In this document: piece by piece, positions 20,557 through 29,611 of the stretch
Numbering within the stretch: the stretch's first letter is position 1
How the letters are laid out: each line of letters opens with the position of its first letter
Origin: Candidatus Marinacidobacterales bacterium
GTDB taxonomy: Bacteria > Acidobacteriota > Vicinamibacteria > Marinacidobacterales > SMYC01
Length of the DNA: 64,000 nt
Assembly: GCA_965224085.1 (NCBI GenBank)
Contig: CBDCYI010000005.1
Location: 1,440,001 to 1,504,000 of the forward strand
Direction of reading: 5' to 3'
Program-made: the position numbers and the translations under genes
Notes under the pieces: model-generated
The model's input: the letters and a program-made list of their open reading frames with translations, nothing else
Databases searched by the model: none
What the model was told of the DNA's origin: nothing

Positions 20557-21696
20557 GTGGTGCGACTCATTGTTCTTTCTTTCATCAGTGCGGGGCTGTA
20601 TGCGTTGCTTGCGGTTCGGAGTGATGTGGAGCGTTCCGGGCTCTTCGAGCAGAGTGTCGAGTTCTACGTCCTTTGGATCGGGCTCTTCATCGCTTACGCC
20701 ATGGCCATTCGCACGGCCAGCCGAAAAAACGACACGGCGGTCTATGCGGTTGTTTTTCTTACGGCCGCCGGTTTTAGGGCGACACAGTTTCTCGGCAGCG
20801 GGCTTCATCATTCGGATGCAGCCGTCTTTTTGCACGGCGCCACGCCGTGGTCCGTGCTTTTCGACCACGTCGAGGCCTCGTTCGAGGCGAGACGTCTCGC
20901 CGCGACGGCCGCCGATTTGGCCTCGCTTCTGCTCGCGCCTTCCTTGCTGCGCGCCGCAGGCTTGCCGATAGGCGCTGCACTCATCCACGGGTGGAACCCT
21001 TTCATCGTCAAGGAAGTGGCGGGGAGCGGGCGACTCGACGCGGTCGCGCTTTTCTTCTTGATCGCGGCGCTCAGGCTCGCTCAGACGCCCCGGTTCACGG
21101 GCGCCGCCGCGGTCGCGTACGGCGTCTGCCTCAACGGGCCGCTCATGCTCGCGGGATCTCTCCCGCTCATGGGACGCGCGCTCCGCGGCTTTGTCGCACC
21201 TGCGCTCATCATCGGCCTCCTAGGCTGGACGCTCACTTTCCCCGGTTCCTGGCTCATCCGCGCCGGGTGGCCGCCAGAAAATTCTCTTGGCGGAAGCCTC
21301 ACGCCCGCGCTTCAGACACTGGCAGGACTCTTCTTGACCCGCCATCCGACGATAACCCTTCTTGCGACGCTTCTGCTTTGGCTCGTCTGGTCTCTTCGGA
21401 CGGCTACCCGATCGCAGGACCCGAAGCGTTGGCCGCTAGGGACCCTGGTCGTGCTCGGCAGCTTGGTCTTCGTGATGCCTCAGGTGCTGCCATGGGCGTT
21501 TCTCCTCGTCGGCACACTGGCGCCGTATTCCGAGAATCGTGGATGGCTCGTTTTCACCGCCACGGCGCCACTGACTTATCTGGCGTTCGGTGACGGTGCC
21601 TACGGATTTTGGCTGGGCTTCAGTCAGTACTTCGCTGCCTACGCGGCACTGATTTTCTTCGGACTCGGTAGCCCGCCGCGCGCAGCGGCGGGCTAA
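20557..21696 (+). CDS. Polytopic membrane protein, divergent GT87/DUF2029-like (GT-C fold)
   Basis: HGWNPFIVKEVAGSGRLD matches YGWSPLVIVEVAGSGHND of the paralogue at 50943; many TM segments. Confidence 0.6.
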   Translation: MVRLIVLSFISAGLYALLAVRSDVERSGLFEQSVEFYVLWIGLFIAYAMAIRTASRKNDTAVYAVVFLTAAGFRATQFLGSGLHHSDAAVFLHGATPWSVLFDHVEASFEARRLAATAADLASLLLAPSLLRAAGLPIGAALIHGWNPFIVKEVAGSGRLDAVALFFLIAALRLAQTPRFTGAAAVAYGVCLNGPLMLAGSLPLMGRALRGFVAPALIIGLLGWTLTFPGSWLIRAGWPPENSLGGSLTPALQTLAGLFLTRHPTITLLATLLLWLVWSLRTATRSQDPKRWPLGTLVVLGSLVFVMPQVLPWAFLLVGTLAPYSENRGWLVFTATAPLTYLAFGDGAYGFWLGFSQYFAAYAALIFFGLGSPPRAAAG

Positions 21697-21705
21697 CGTT
21701 TCCGA

Positions 21706-22059
21706 CTAGGTTCCCCAGAGCACTAGAAAGATGATGAAAGCGATGAGCAGCACGTAGATGACGAGCGACTCGATGAGAGCGAGACCGAGAATCAGTGCGA
21801 AGCGGATCTCGCCGGAAGCGCCAGGATTTCGAGAAATGCCGTCACAGGCGGCCGCGATGGCACGACTCTGAGAGTAAGCGCCCGCGGCGGCGGCGATTCC
21901 AAGCGCAAAAGCGCCCGAGAACAAGGCCCATTTGTACATTTCCGACGACCAGCCAGTTATCGGGTCGTGCCCCCCCTGAGCCTCCTGAGCAAAGACGGGC
22001 GCGACCAATACAAAAAAGGTGACGGCTGAGAATGTCGCCAGCATAACTTTTCTAACCAC
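21706..22059 (-). CDS. atpE: ATP synthase Fo subunit c
   Basis: SRNPGA loop and ALIESLVIY; AGGAGG Shine-Dalgarno before GTG 22059. Confidence 0.92.
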   Translation of the reverse strand: MVRKVMLATFSAVTFFVLVAPVFAQEAQGGHDPITGWSSEMYKWALFSGAFALGIAAAAGAYSQSRAIAAACDGISRNPGASGEIRFALILGLALIESLVIYVLLIAFIIFLVLWGT

Positions 22060-22106
22060 CAGGTTTCCTCCTGGAAAAGGGATCACGACAATAGGAGTCC
22101 TCGAAC

Positions 22107-22802
22107 TTAGTGCTCCTCGGAAGCGACGGCGCCACCGAGGTAGACCATGGTCAACATGATGAAAACGAAAGCCTGCAAAATTCCCCCAAAGACACCGAAG
22201 AGCATCATGGGCACTGGAACGAGGAACGCCACCATCACGCCGAGCGCAGCGATGACGAGCTCCTCACCAAAGATGTTGCCGAACAAGCGCAGCGATAGTG
22301 AAACGATACGGCTGAAGTGGCTGATGAGCTCGATCGGCAACATGAGGGGTGCCAGCACTGGAAGAGGTCCCAGGAAGTGCTTGAAATAGTTCCCGGCGCC
22401 TTGGGCACGGATGCCCTGATAGTTGTAGTAGAGAAAAGCTACCAGAGCGCAACCAAGCGTCATGTTCAAACTGGTTGTCGGCGACGAAAAAAAAGGCACG
22501 AGGCCAATCAAATTACTCATCAGGATGAACAAACCCAGCGTACCGACGAGGCCCAGAAACGGCCTTCCTTTGGTGCCGATATTGTCGACGAGCAGGCCCT
22601 GGAGCACGCTCACGATCGCCTCGAGCACCAGCTGCAGCTTCCCGGGGTTCTCGACGCTGATACGCCCGCGGAACCAGATCGCGAAGCCGGCGAGCACCAT
22701 CGCGACGAACACCGCCATGATCAGATGATCCGGCACCACTTCGTGATGAAAGTAGTGCTCGAGCCAGTGATAGATGAACGACTTGTGCTCTAGCTGCTCC
22801 AT
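22107..22802 (-). CDS. atpB: ATP synthase Fo subunit a
   Basis: SNLIGLVP, SLSLRLFGN (catalytic Arg), LQAFVFIMLT. Confidence 0.95.
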   Translation of the reverse strand: MEQLEHKSFIYHWLEHYFHHEVVPDHLIMAVFVAMVLAGFAIWFRGRISVENPGKLQLVLEAIVSVLQGLLVDNIGTKGRPFLGLVGTLGLFILMSNLIGLVPFFSSPTTSLNMTLGCALVAFLYYNYQGIRAQGAGNYFKHFLGPLPVLAPLMLPIELISHFSRIVSLSLRLFGNIFGEELVIAALGVMVAFLVPVPMMLFGVFGGILQAFVFIMLTMVYLGGAVASEEH

Positions 22803-22897
22803 AACTACATGTTAGTCACTCGAGAAGACCGAGCGCCCACAGCCCCTTCAACGTGTTTTCCATGACGGGGAAGCGGTTGACGAACCGCAGGGAGGTG

Positions 22898-23323
22898 TCA
22901 TGCCGTGGGGGTGTTCTCTACTGACCTTTCTTTACGCTCCGCTTTCGACTCCCGGTAAGCCAAGCGAGCATGGATGCCACACTCGACGAAAACCGCGGCT
23001 ACTGGCACAGAAAACCCGAGAGCCAGGCCAACAAAGTTCGCGTGCCAAACGCTGATTATAACAAACAGGGCGATACTCAACAAGATGTAGCGGACCAGCA
23101 CGCCGAAAAGCCCCAGCCAGGACACCCGACCGGGCCGCTCTGACGTGAGCTTTTTCACCAGCCGGGCGAGAACATCGAGATTCGCCATGGACAAAAGGCC
23201 TCCAGAGAGCACCCCGAGAAAGAACGGAAACCCATAGATAAAGCCAAAAAGAGCGAAGATCGCGGTCGCCCACCATGCGTGGCGCCGAAAGCGGGCCATC
23301 GAAACATCTGGGTCGAGATTCAA
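22898..23323 (-). CDS. atpI: ATP synthase subunit I (4 TM)
   Basis: Four hydrophobic segments, GGLLSMAN and RY motifs, position before atpB. Confidence 0.75.
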   Translation of the reverse strand: MNLDPDVSMARFRRHAWWATAIFALFGFIYGFPFFLGVLSGGLLSMANLDVLARLVKKLTSERPGRVSWLGLFGVLVRYILLSIALFVIISVWHANFVGLALGFSVPVAAVFVECGIHARLAYRESKAERKERSVENTPTA

Positions 23324-23565
23324 TCGTTCTTGTCGAAAGCTTTCACGGCCTTGAGGAGGTTGAAGAAGCCGGCAGCAACACCAAAAAGAAGACCGAGCAG
23401 CGTCAACCAGGGAAACGTCGCTAGTTTTTGGTCCAGGTAGTGGCCGGAGAATCCGCCCACTGCAATAGAGACGGGGAAGATGAAGGCAAGGCTCGATAGA
23501 AGCGCCAAACGCGCCCGCGGAGAGACGGGAGGCGGCTTCTTCTCCTCCAGGCCCTCCCGGGACAT
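23320..23565 (-). CDS. atpZ: AtpZ/AtpI-family small membrane protein
   Basis: G.YLD..L.T.PWLTLLGLLFGVAAGF signature. Confidence 0.85.
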   Translation of the reverse strand: MSREGLEEKKPPPVSPRARLALLSSLAFIFPVSIAVGGFSGHYLDQKLATFPWLTLLGLLFGVAAGFFNLLKAVKAFDKND

Positions 23566-23574
23566 GGACCTCGT

Positions 23575-25143
23575 CTAGTTGCCGACCGGCGTCGCCGCCG
23601 TAGCGGGTACAACGGCTTCAACGCTTGCCGTTTGCGTGCCATGGATCCGCGCCATGATCGCCTCGACCGGCACCCGTAGCGGCGCGAGAAAGGGCTTCGG
23701 GTAGACGCCAATCCAGATGCAAAGCACGACGAGCGGAACCAACGTCGCTTGCTCGCGCAAAGTAACATCCTTGAGCTTCTCGTTCTCCGGCTTGTCGATT
23801 TTCCCGAACATCACGCGCTGATACAGCCAGAGCAGATAAGCCGCGCCGAGCACGATGCCCGAGACCGCGAACAGCGCGTACCACGGACCCGCATGCGTGC
23901 TCGCAAACGTGCCCTGCAGGATCATGAACTCGCCAATGAAACCGTTCAAGAGCGGCAGCCCCATCGAAGCCAGAGCGATAATGAGAAAAAGTGCCGCGAA
24001 GACGGGCACGACTTTCGCAATGCCGCCATAGGCCGCAATTTCGCGCGTATGCGTCTGCTCGTACATGATGCCGACGATGAGGAAGAGTCCGCCCGTCGCC
24101 AGGCCGTGATTGACCATCTGCAGGATGCCGCCCTGAAGCCCGAGCTCGGTGAGAGCGAAAACGCCGAGCATGACGAAACCGAGATGGCTGACGGAGCTAT
24201 AGGCGACGAGCTTTTTCCAGTCGGGCTGGACCAGCGCGACGAGGGCTCCGTAGATGATGCCGATAACCGCGAGCACGAGAATGTACCACCCGAATTCCTG
24301 GCTCGCCTCGGGGAGCATAGGAAGCGAAAACCGCACGAAGCCGTAGGTTCCCATTTTCAGGAGGACTCCAGCCAGGATGACCGATCCAGCCGTGGGCGCT
24401 TCGACATGGGCGTCCGGAAGCCACGTGTGAAACGGGAACATCGGAACTTTGATGGCGAAGCCGATGAAAAACGCCCAGAACACCCAGTTCAGCTCTGGAC
24501 CATAGTTAATTTCCCATAGCTTTGTGATGTCGAACGTCGGAAAACCCATCTGGACTATGTGCTCGAAATAGACCGCGAGGATTCCGAGGAGCATCAAAAC
24601 GCTCCCCACGAGCGTATAGAGGAAGAACTTGATCGCGGCGTAGAGCTTCCGAGGGCCGCCCCAAATGCCAATGAGGAAGTACATCGGGACGAGCATGACT
24701 TCCCAGAACACATAGAACAGAAAGAAGTCGAGCGTCACGAAAACGCCGAGCATGCCCGTCTGCAGGAGCAGCATGAAGACGTAGTACTGCTTGATACGAT
24801 CGGTGATCGCGTTCCAAGAGGACAAAACGGCAATGAACCCAAGAAGCGTCGTCATCATAACGAGCAGCAGGCCGATCCCGTCCAGGCCGAGGTTGTAACT
24901 AACGCCGATACTCGGTATCCAGTCGAATGTCTCGCGAAACTGAAACTGCGTTCCGTTGTTGTCGAACAAAAACCAAAGAGGTAGCGAGAACAAGAAAGCC
25001 ACGAACGTGATGATGTTCGCGGCCCATTTGATCGCTTTCTCCTGGGTCTTCTTCATGAAGAAGAGGATGAAGAGCGCGCCCAGTGCTGGGAACCAGACCA
25101 CGAGCCACGACAAGTAAGGGAAACCGAATACGTTATTCTCCAT
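23575..25143 (-). CDS. nuoM: NADH-quinone oxidoreductase subunit M
   Basis: FWEVMLVPMY, AIKVPMFPFHTWLPDAH, LLKMGTYG, AYSSVSHLG, GFIGEF. Confidence 0.95.
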   Translation of the reverse strand: MENNVFGFPYLSWLVVWFPALGALFILFFMKKTQEKAIKWAANIITFVAFLFSLPLWFLFDNNGTQFQFRETFDWIPSIGVSYNLGLDGIGLLLVMMTTLLGFIAVLSSWNAITDRIKQYYVFMLLLQTGMLGVFVTLDFFLFYVFWEVMLVPMYFLIGIWGGPRKLYAAIKFFLYTLVGSVLMLLGILAVYFEHIVQMGFPTFDITKLWEINYGPELNWVFWAFFIGFAIKVPMFPFHTWLPDAHVEAPTAGSVILAGVLLKMGTYGFVRFSLPMLPEASQEFGWYILVLAVIGIIYGALVALVQPDWKKLVAYSSVSHLGFVMLGVFALTELGLQGGILQMVNHGLATGGLFLIVGIMYEQTHTREIAAYGGIAKVVPVFAALFLIIALASMGLPLLNGFIGEFMILQGTFASTHAGPWYALFAVSGIVLGAAYLLWLYQRVMFGKIDKPENEKLKDVTLREQATLVPLVVLCIWIGVYPKPFLAPLRVPVEAIMARIHGTQTASVEAVVPATAATPVGN

Positions 25144-25152
25144 GCACCGTTC

Positions 25153-27240
25153 CTACGTCCAAAGGTAAAAGTAGAAAAAGCCGATGAGCGCCCCGACACC
25201 GATGAGCATCATCAGCGCATAGTTCTGCAAGACGCCCGTCTGCAAGCGGCTGAAAGCGTTGGAAAAGCTCGCCAAGATCCTCCAGACCGCGTCGACCGCG
25301 CCGTCCACGAGCCCCACATCTGCGAGATTCGATAGATCGCCAGACAAGAGCGTCGCCTTGGCCGCACCGTTGACGACACCGTCGACGACCTTGGCGTCGA
25401 TAAAGTTCAGCCCGTGCGCGCCAGAGAGCGTTCCGCCGCCGACCGTCGTATCGTAGACGTCGTCCACAAAATATTTGTTGTAGAGCAAGCGATGAACGCC
25501 GGGCCAGCTGGCGATGACGGCCCTGTCCCCATCGGGATTCGCGAGGTACATCTTCCTCGCGAGTAAGATGCCCGCGATCGCAACGCCCAAGGAGACGATC
25601 ATGAACGGTAGCTCGTGCGCGACGCCCTCCATCGAGAAGTGATGCGCTTCGTGCTCGATCGTCTGGCCAGCGTTCAAGGCGGGCTCGAGAAACCCGTCGA
25701 TGGCCGACAGACCGAACGGAAGCCCAACCCAGCCCGCCGTCACCGACCCCACCGCCAGCACGATTAGGGGAACGGTCATGCTCGCGGGAGACTCGTGGAG
25801 GTGACTCTCCATTTCCTTACCGCCGCGGAACTCCCCGTAAAAGGTCAAGAAGACTTGCCGGAACATGTAAAAGGCGGTCATGCCCGCCGCCGCTACCGCG
25901 ACCAGCCACAAGACCGTGACGTGCCCGTCATTCGTGGCTCCCCACAGAATGGCGTCCTTGCTGAAGAACCCGGCGAAGGGCACGATGCCGGCGATGGCTA
26001 GAGTCGACAGGAAATACGTGATGAACGTGCGCGGCATGTACTTCTTGAGCCCGCCCATGTTACGCATGTCCTGCATCGCGTTGTAGTCGCGACGGCCGCC
26101 CGACGCGTGCTCGGCGTGCTCCATCGTATGGATCACGCTTCCGGAGCCGAGGAAGAGACAAGCTTTGAAAAACGCGTGCGTCATGAGATGAAAGATCGCG
26201 GCAGCATAAGCCCCGACCCCTAGACCAAGAAACATATAACCGAGCTGCGACACGGTCGAGTAAGCGAGAACCTTCTTGATGTCGTTTTGGAAGAGACCAA
26301 TCGAAGCGGCGAAAATCGCCGTGCTGCAGCCGATTACGGCAACGACAAGCATCGCGTTCGGCGCGTGCGTGAACAGCACCGAAGTTCGGGCCACCATGTA
26401 GACGCCCGCCGTGACCATCGTCGCGGCATGGATGAGCGCGGAGACCGGAGTCGGACCTTCCATCGCGTCGGGGAGCCAGACGTAGAGCGGGATCTGAGCG
26501 GATTTGCCCGTCGCACCGACGAAGAGCAAGAGCCCAATGAGCGTGAGAACGCCCCAACCCGCTTCAGGCGTCGGAAACTGCGCCTCCACACCTTGCATGA
26601 CTGCGTAAAAGTCGACCGAGCCGAACTGGAAGAAGATGAAAAAGATCCCCAGCATGAAGCCGGCATCCCCGATGCGATTGACGACGAACGCTTTCTTTCC
26701 CGCTTTTGCCGCGGCATCCCGCTCGAACCAAAACCCGATCAAGAGATAAGAGCAAAGACCGACGCCTTCCCAGCCAATGAACATCAGAAGGAAGTTGGCG
26801 CCGAGCACCAAGTTCAACATGAAAAAGGTGAACATGTTGAGGTAAGTGAAAAAGCGCCAATAGCCCCCGTCGTGGGCCATGTAACCGACCGAGTAGATGT
26901 GGATGAGAAGTCCGATGCCCGAGACGACGAGCACCATGACCATGGAGAGCGAGTCGAGGCGGTACTGCCATTTGGCGGTGAAGTTCGCCGTGGTGCCGTC
27001 GGCCTGAGCCACGCTCATGCCGGGGATCCAAGTAAAGAGTGTTTTCTCGAGAACGGTCTTCTCGCCGCCTTCCGACATGAACGGACCGAAGAGGCAAAAA
27101 AGAGCGATCAGAAAAGAGAGCGCGACGGCCCCGACCGCGACCATGTTGATGGCGGATTTAGGCAGGCGCTTGCCGAAGAGCCCGTTGATGATGGCCCCGA
27201 CACCGGGGATAAGCGGAATGAGCCAGAAATATTCACTCAC
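25153..27240 (-). CDS. nuoL: NADH-quinone oxidoreductase subunit L
   Basis: GWEGVGLCSY, NRIGD, GKSAQIPLYVWLPDAMEGPTPVSALIHAATMV, HAFFKACLFL, C-terminal transverse helix. Confidence 0.95.
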   Translation of the reverse strand: MSEYFWLIPLIPGVGAIINGLFGKRLPKSAINMVAVGAVALSFLIALFCLFGPFMSEGGEKTVLEKTLFTWIPGMSVAQADGTTANFTAKWQYRLDSLSMVMVLVVSGIGLLIHIYSVGYMAHDGGYWRFFTYLNMFTFFMLNLVLGANFLLMFIGWEGVGLCSYLLIGFWFERDAAAKAGKKAFVVNRIGDAGFMLGIFFIFFQFGSVDFYAVMQGVEAQFPTPEAGWGVLTLIGLLLFVGATGKSAQIPLYVWLPDAMEGPTPVSALIHAATMVTAGVYMVARTSVLFTHAPNAMLVVAVIGCSTAIFAASIGLFQNDIKKVLAYSTVSQLGYMFLGLGVGAYAAAIFHLMTHAFFKACLFLGSGSVIHTMEHAEHASGGRRDYNAMQDMRNMGGLKKYMPRTFITYFLSTLAIAGIVPFAGFFSKDAILWGATNDGHVTVLWLVAVAAAGMTAFYMFRQVFLTFYGEFRGGKEMESHLHESPASMTVPLIVLAVGSVTAGWVGLPFGLSAIDGFLEPALNAGQTIEHEAHHFSMEGVAHELPFMIVSLGVAIAGILLARKMYLANPDGDRAVIASWPGVHRLLYNKYFVDDVYDTTVGGGTLSGAHGLNFIDAKVVDGVVNGAAKATLLSGDLSNLADVGLVDGAVDAVWRILASFSNAFSRLQTGVLQNYALMMLIGVGALIGFFYFYLWT

Positions 27241-27327
27241 AATCGACGCTCGCTATTGGCGAAAACAGGATGAGACGAACGGAAAGGGCGATGAGGTTCC
27301 TTTCCGCGTTATCAAAACGAATCGCAT

Positions 27328-27357
27328 TTTATAGCACCCGGCCGTTATTGTTGTCAA
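27328..27357 (-). promoter_or_regulatory. Sigma-70-type promoter upstream of nuoL
   Basis: Minus strand TTGACA-N18-TATAAA with extended TG. Confidence 0.65.
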
Positions 27358-27405
27358 GGTTCTGTGGGCCGGCAACGCCCTCGTTATGCGTTGAAAAGCC
27401 AGCAG

Positions 27406-28196
27406 TTACACGCCCTTGACCGCTCCGCCGTCAATCTGAATGCAAGCGCCCGTCACGTAGCTGGCCCGCTCCGAGCAGAGAAATACAACTACAGAGGCGA
27501 ATTCTTCGGGGCCCCCCAGGCGGCCCATTGGGATTTGGTCGGTCCATCGTCTGAAGATGGTTTCTTTCGGGACACCATCCTGCTCGCTCATGCGCTCGGC
27601 GAGATCGACGAGGCGGTCGGTTTTCGTGTAGCCTGGGCAAGCGACGTTCACACCTATTCCGTGCGGCGCGAGCTCGTTCGAAAGAGACTTCATCAGACCT
27701 ACGACGCCCGATCGCGCCGTGTTCGACAGGATCAGCCCGTCGATGGGCTGTTTTACTGAGATAGAGGCGATCGCGACGATCCGGCCCGAACGTCGCACTC
27801 GCATGCCCGGAACCACCGCCCGGCACAAATGGATCGTTGATAGCAAGTTGAGCTCGAGCCCTTGCCGCCAAGCGTCGACGTCCGTGGTCTCGAAACGGCT
27901 GGCGGGTGGCCCCCCCGCGTTGGCTACGAGGATATCGATGCGGTCGAAACGCTCAGTCGCCGCGTCGACCAGGTGGCGGACGTCCTTTTCCTTCGTGACG
28001 TCGGTAGGAACCGCGAGAACGTCACCGTTCGCTGATTTTCGAATATCTTCCGCAGCCGCTTCGAGGACCACCTGGTCTCGCGAGGCGACGACGACGTGGG
28101 CTCCCTCCGTGGCGAGGGTCTCGCGGCCACGGATTTTCCCAGGCCCCGGCTCGCGCCCGTAACGAGCGCGACTTTGCCCACGAGACCCAGATCCAT
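27406..28196 (-). pseudogene. Short-chain dehydrogenase/reductase with frameshift near 28122
   Basis: MDLGLVGKVALVTGASRGLGKSVA is in one frame and ETLATEGAHVVVASR...NAGGPP...SNTAR in another; junction GTG GCC GC GAG ACC. Confidence 0.8.
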
Positions 28197-28222
28197 GGCT
28201 ATCGGGTGCTTTAGGGGGTGAC

Positions 28223-28564
28223 CTACGAGTACTGCTTCTCTTTGCAGCTGATGCAGACCTTGGTCCAGGGAACGGCTCCAAGCCGCGCGGCAGAGATTTC
28301 CTCCTCGCAATCGACGCAGACACCGTAGGTGCCGGCTTCGACGCGGCTGAGCGCGCCCTCGATGGCGCGAAGAAGCTTGGCGTCGGTTTGTTTCAACTGG
28401 ATGCTGATTTCTTCTTCGTTCGCGGCCGCCGAGCGGTCGGCGAAATCGCCGTGCCCGTCCGTTCCCGATCTGCCGGTCAGCCCTTTTTTGCCGATCGAGC
28501 TTTCGAGGCCCTGCTTCTTCGCAAGCAGGGCTTTCTTGTGTTGAGTTAGCTCAGGTTTCTTCAT
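28223..28564 (-). CDS. TraR/DksA family C4 zinc-finger protein
   Basis: DFAD coiled-coil tip, YGVCVDC...RLGAVPWTKVCISC. Confidence 0.9.
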   Translation of the reverse strand: MKKPELTQHKKALLAKKQGLESSIGKKGLTGRSGTDGHGDFADRSAAANEEEISIQLKQTDAKLLRAIEGALSRVEAGTYGVCVDCEEEISAARLGAVPWTKVCISCKEKQYS

Positions 28565-28599
28565 TCTGCAATGCCCTAAGGAATCCCGAAAAACCAGTT

Positions 28600-28628
28600 A
28601 TTTTAGCACGCTCTCGTGGAGCGGGCAA
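28600..28628 (-). promoter_or_regulatory. Sigma-70-type promoter of the DksA/TraR gene
   Basis: Minus strand TTGCCC-N17-TAAAAT with extended TG. Confidence 0.6.
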
Positions 28629-28660
28629 TTTCAAGGGACATTGCAATCCAAGAGAACGCG

Positions 28661-28987
28661 TCAACGCTTGAGAAAACCGCGCAGGGAATCGGCGTCCTCT
28701 AGGGAGATAGACGTGAACTTCAACGCAGCTTCACATTCGTCGTCGGCGTGGAGCGTTCGGAGGACTTTCGCCTCCACAACGGCGACCTCGCCATCATCGA
28801 GAAAGAGCTTGACGAAGTAGGTCGAGCCGGGCGTCAAGGCGCGTTTGACCCGAAGGAGCATGCCCCCCACGCTCAAGTTCTTGACCGACCCTTCCCATCC
28901 GCCACCGAGTTCAGCGAAACATCGCCCTGAGGCATTGATCCGCCGATGCCGACGCCGCGATGACGTAACCACTTCTACTGTGCCCAT
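28661..28987 (-). CDS. PilZ domain protein
   Basis: RRHRR (RxxxR) and NLSVGG c-di-GMP motifs. Confidence 0.85.
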   Translation of the reverse strand: MGTVEVVTSSRRRHRRINASGRCFAELGGGWEGSVKNLSVGGMLLRVKRALTPGSTYFVKLFLDDGEVAVVEAKVLRTLHADDECEAALKFTSISLEDADSLRGFLKR

Positions 28988-29070
28988 CAGAGCGCGCTAC
29001 CTCTCGGGGACGATTCCGCCAAGTTCCCTCTTCCCATAGATATCGTACCGCCTAGCCGCACGCGTGACAA

Positions 29071-29574
29071 CTACCGATGCTGGGTGCGGCCGGCCAGCAC
29101 GTCCAGCGCATGCGGAAGCGTGGGCCCCAGCGCCGCGAGTCCCTGCTCCACGGCTTTGGGGCTCCCCGGGAGGCAGAGGATCAGAACCGCTCCCAAGCTC
29201 CCAGCCAAACTACGGGAAAGCACGGCCATCGGCGTATGACGCAGGCCGTCCGCGCGCAAAAGCTCCCCATATCCGGGGATTTCAACGTCCAGAACCTCTC
29301 GGATGGCCTCGGGCGTCACATCGCGGGGACCGAGTCCGGTGCCTCCAGTGGTGACGATGAGCGCGACCTCGTTCCCGTCGACAAAGCCACGGATCCGCTC
29401 GACGATACGCCCCTGCTCGTCCGGAACCACGGCGCGCTCCCGCACGACAAAGCCGAGCTTCGCGAGCTCCGTGGCCGCGGCCTCACCCGAAAGATCCTCG
29501 CGCGTCCCCGAGGCGACTCCGTCGCTGACCGTGAGCACGGCCGCTCGCTTTTCTTTGCCCGCAAGATTAGCCAC
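29071..29574 (-). CDS. moaB: MogA/MoaB molybdopterin adenylyltransferase
   Basis: TVSD, D.SG, TTGGTGLGPRDVTPEA, LPGSPKAV. Confidence 0.9.
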   Translation of the reverse strand: MANLAGKEKRAAVLTVSDGVASGTREDLSGEAAATELAKLGFVVRERAVVPDEQGRIVERIRGFVDGNEVALIVTTGGTGLGPRDVTPEAIREVLDVEIPGYGELLRADGLRHTPMAVLSRSLAGSLGAVLILCLPGSPKAVEQGLAALGPTLPHALDVLAGRTQHR

Positions 29575-29611
29575 AGGAGAAGTATAAGGCTATATTGGAG
29601 CTCGAAGCGCC

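Noticed and set aside
28110-28135. Programmed ribosomal frameshift in the SDR
   Set aside because: No slippery heptamer or stimulatory structure at the junction; a simple indel explains it.
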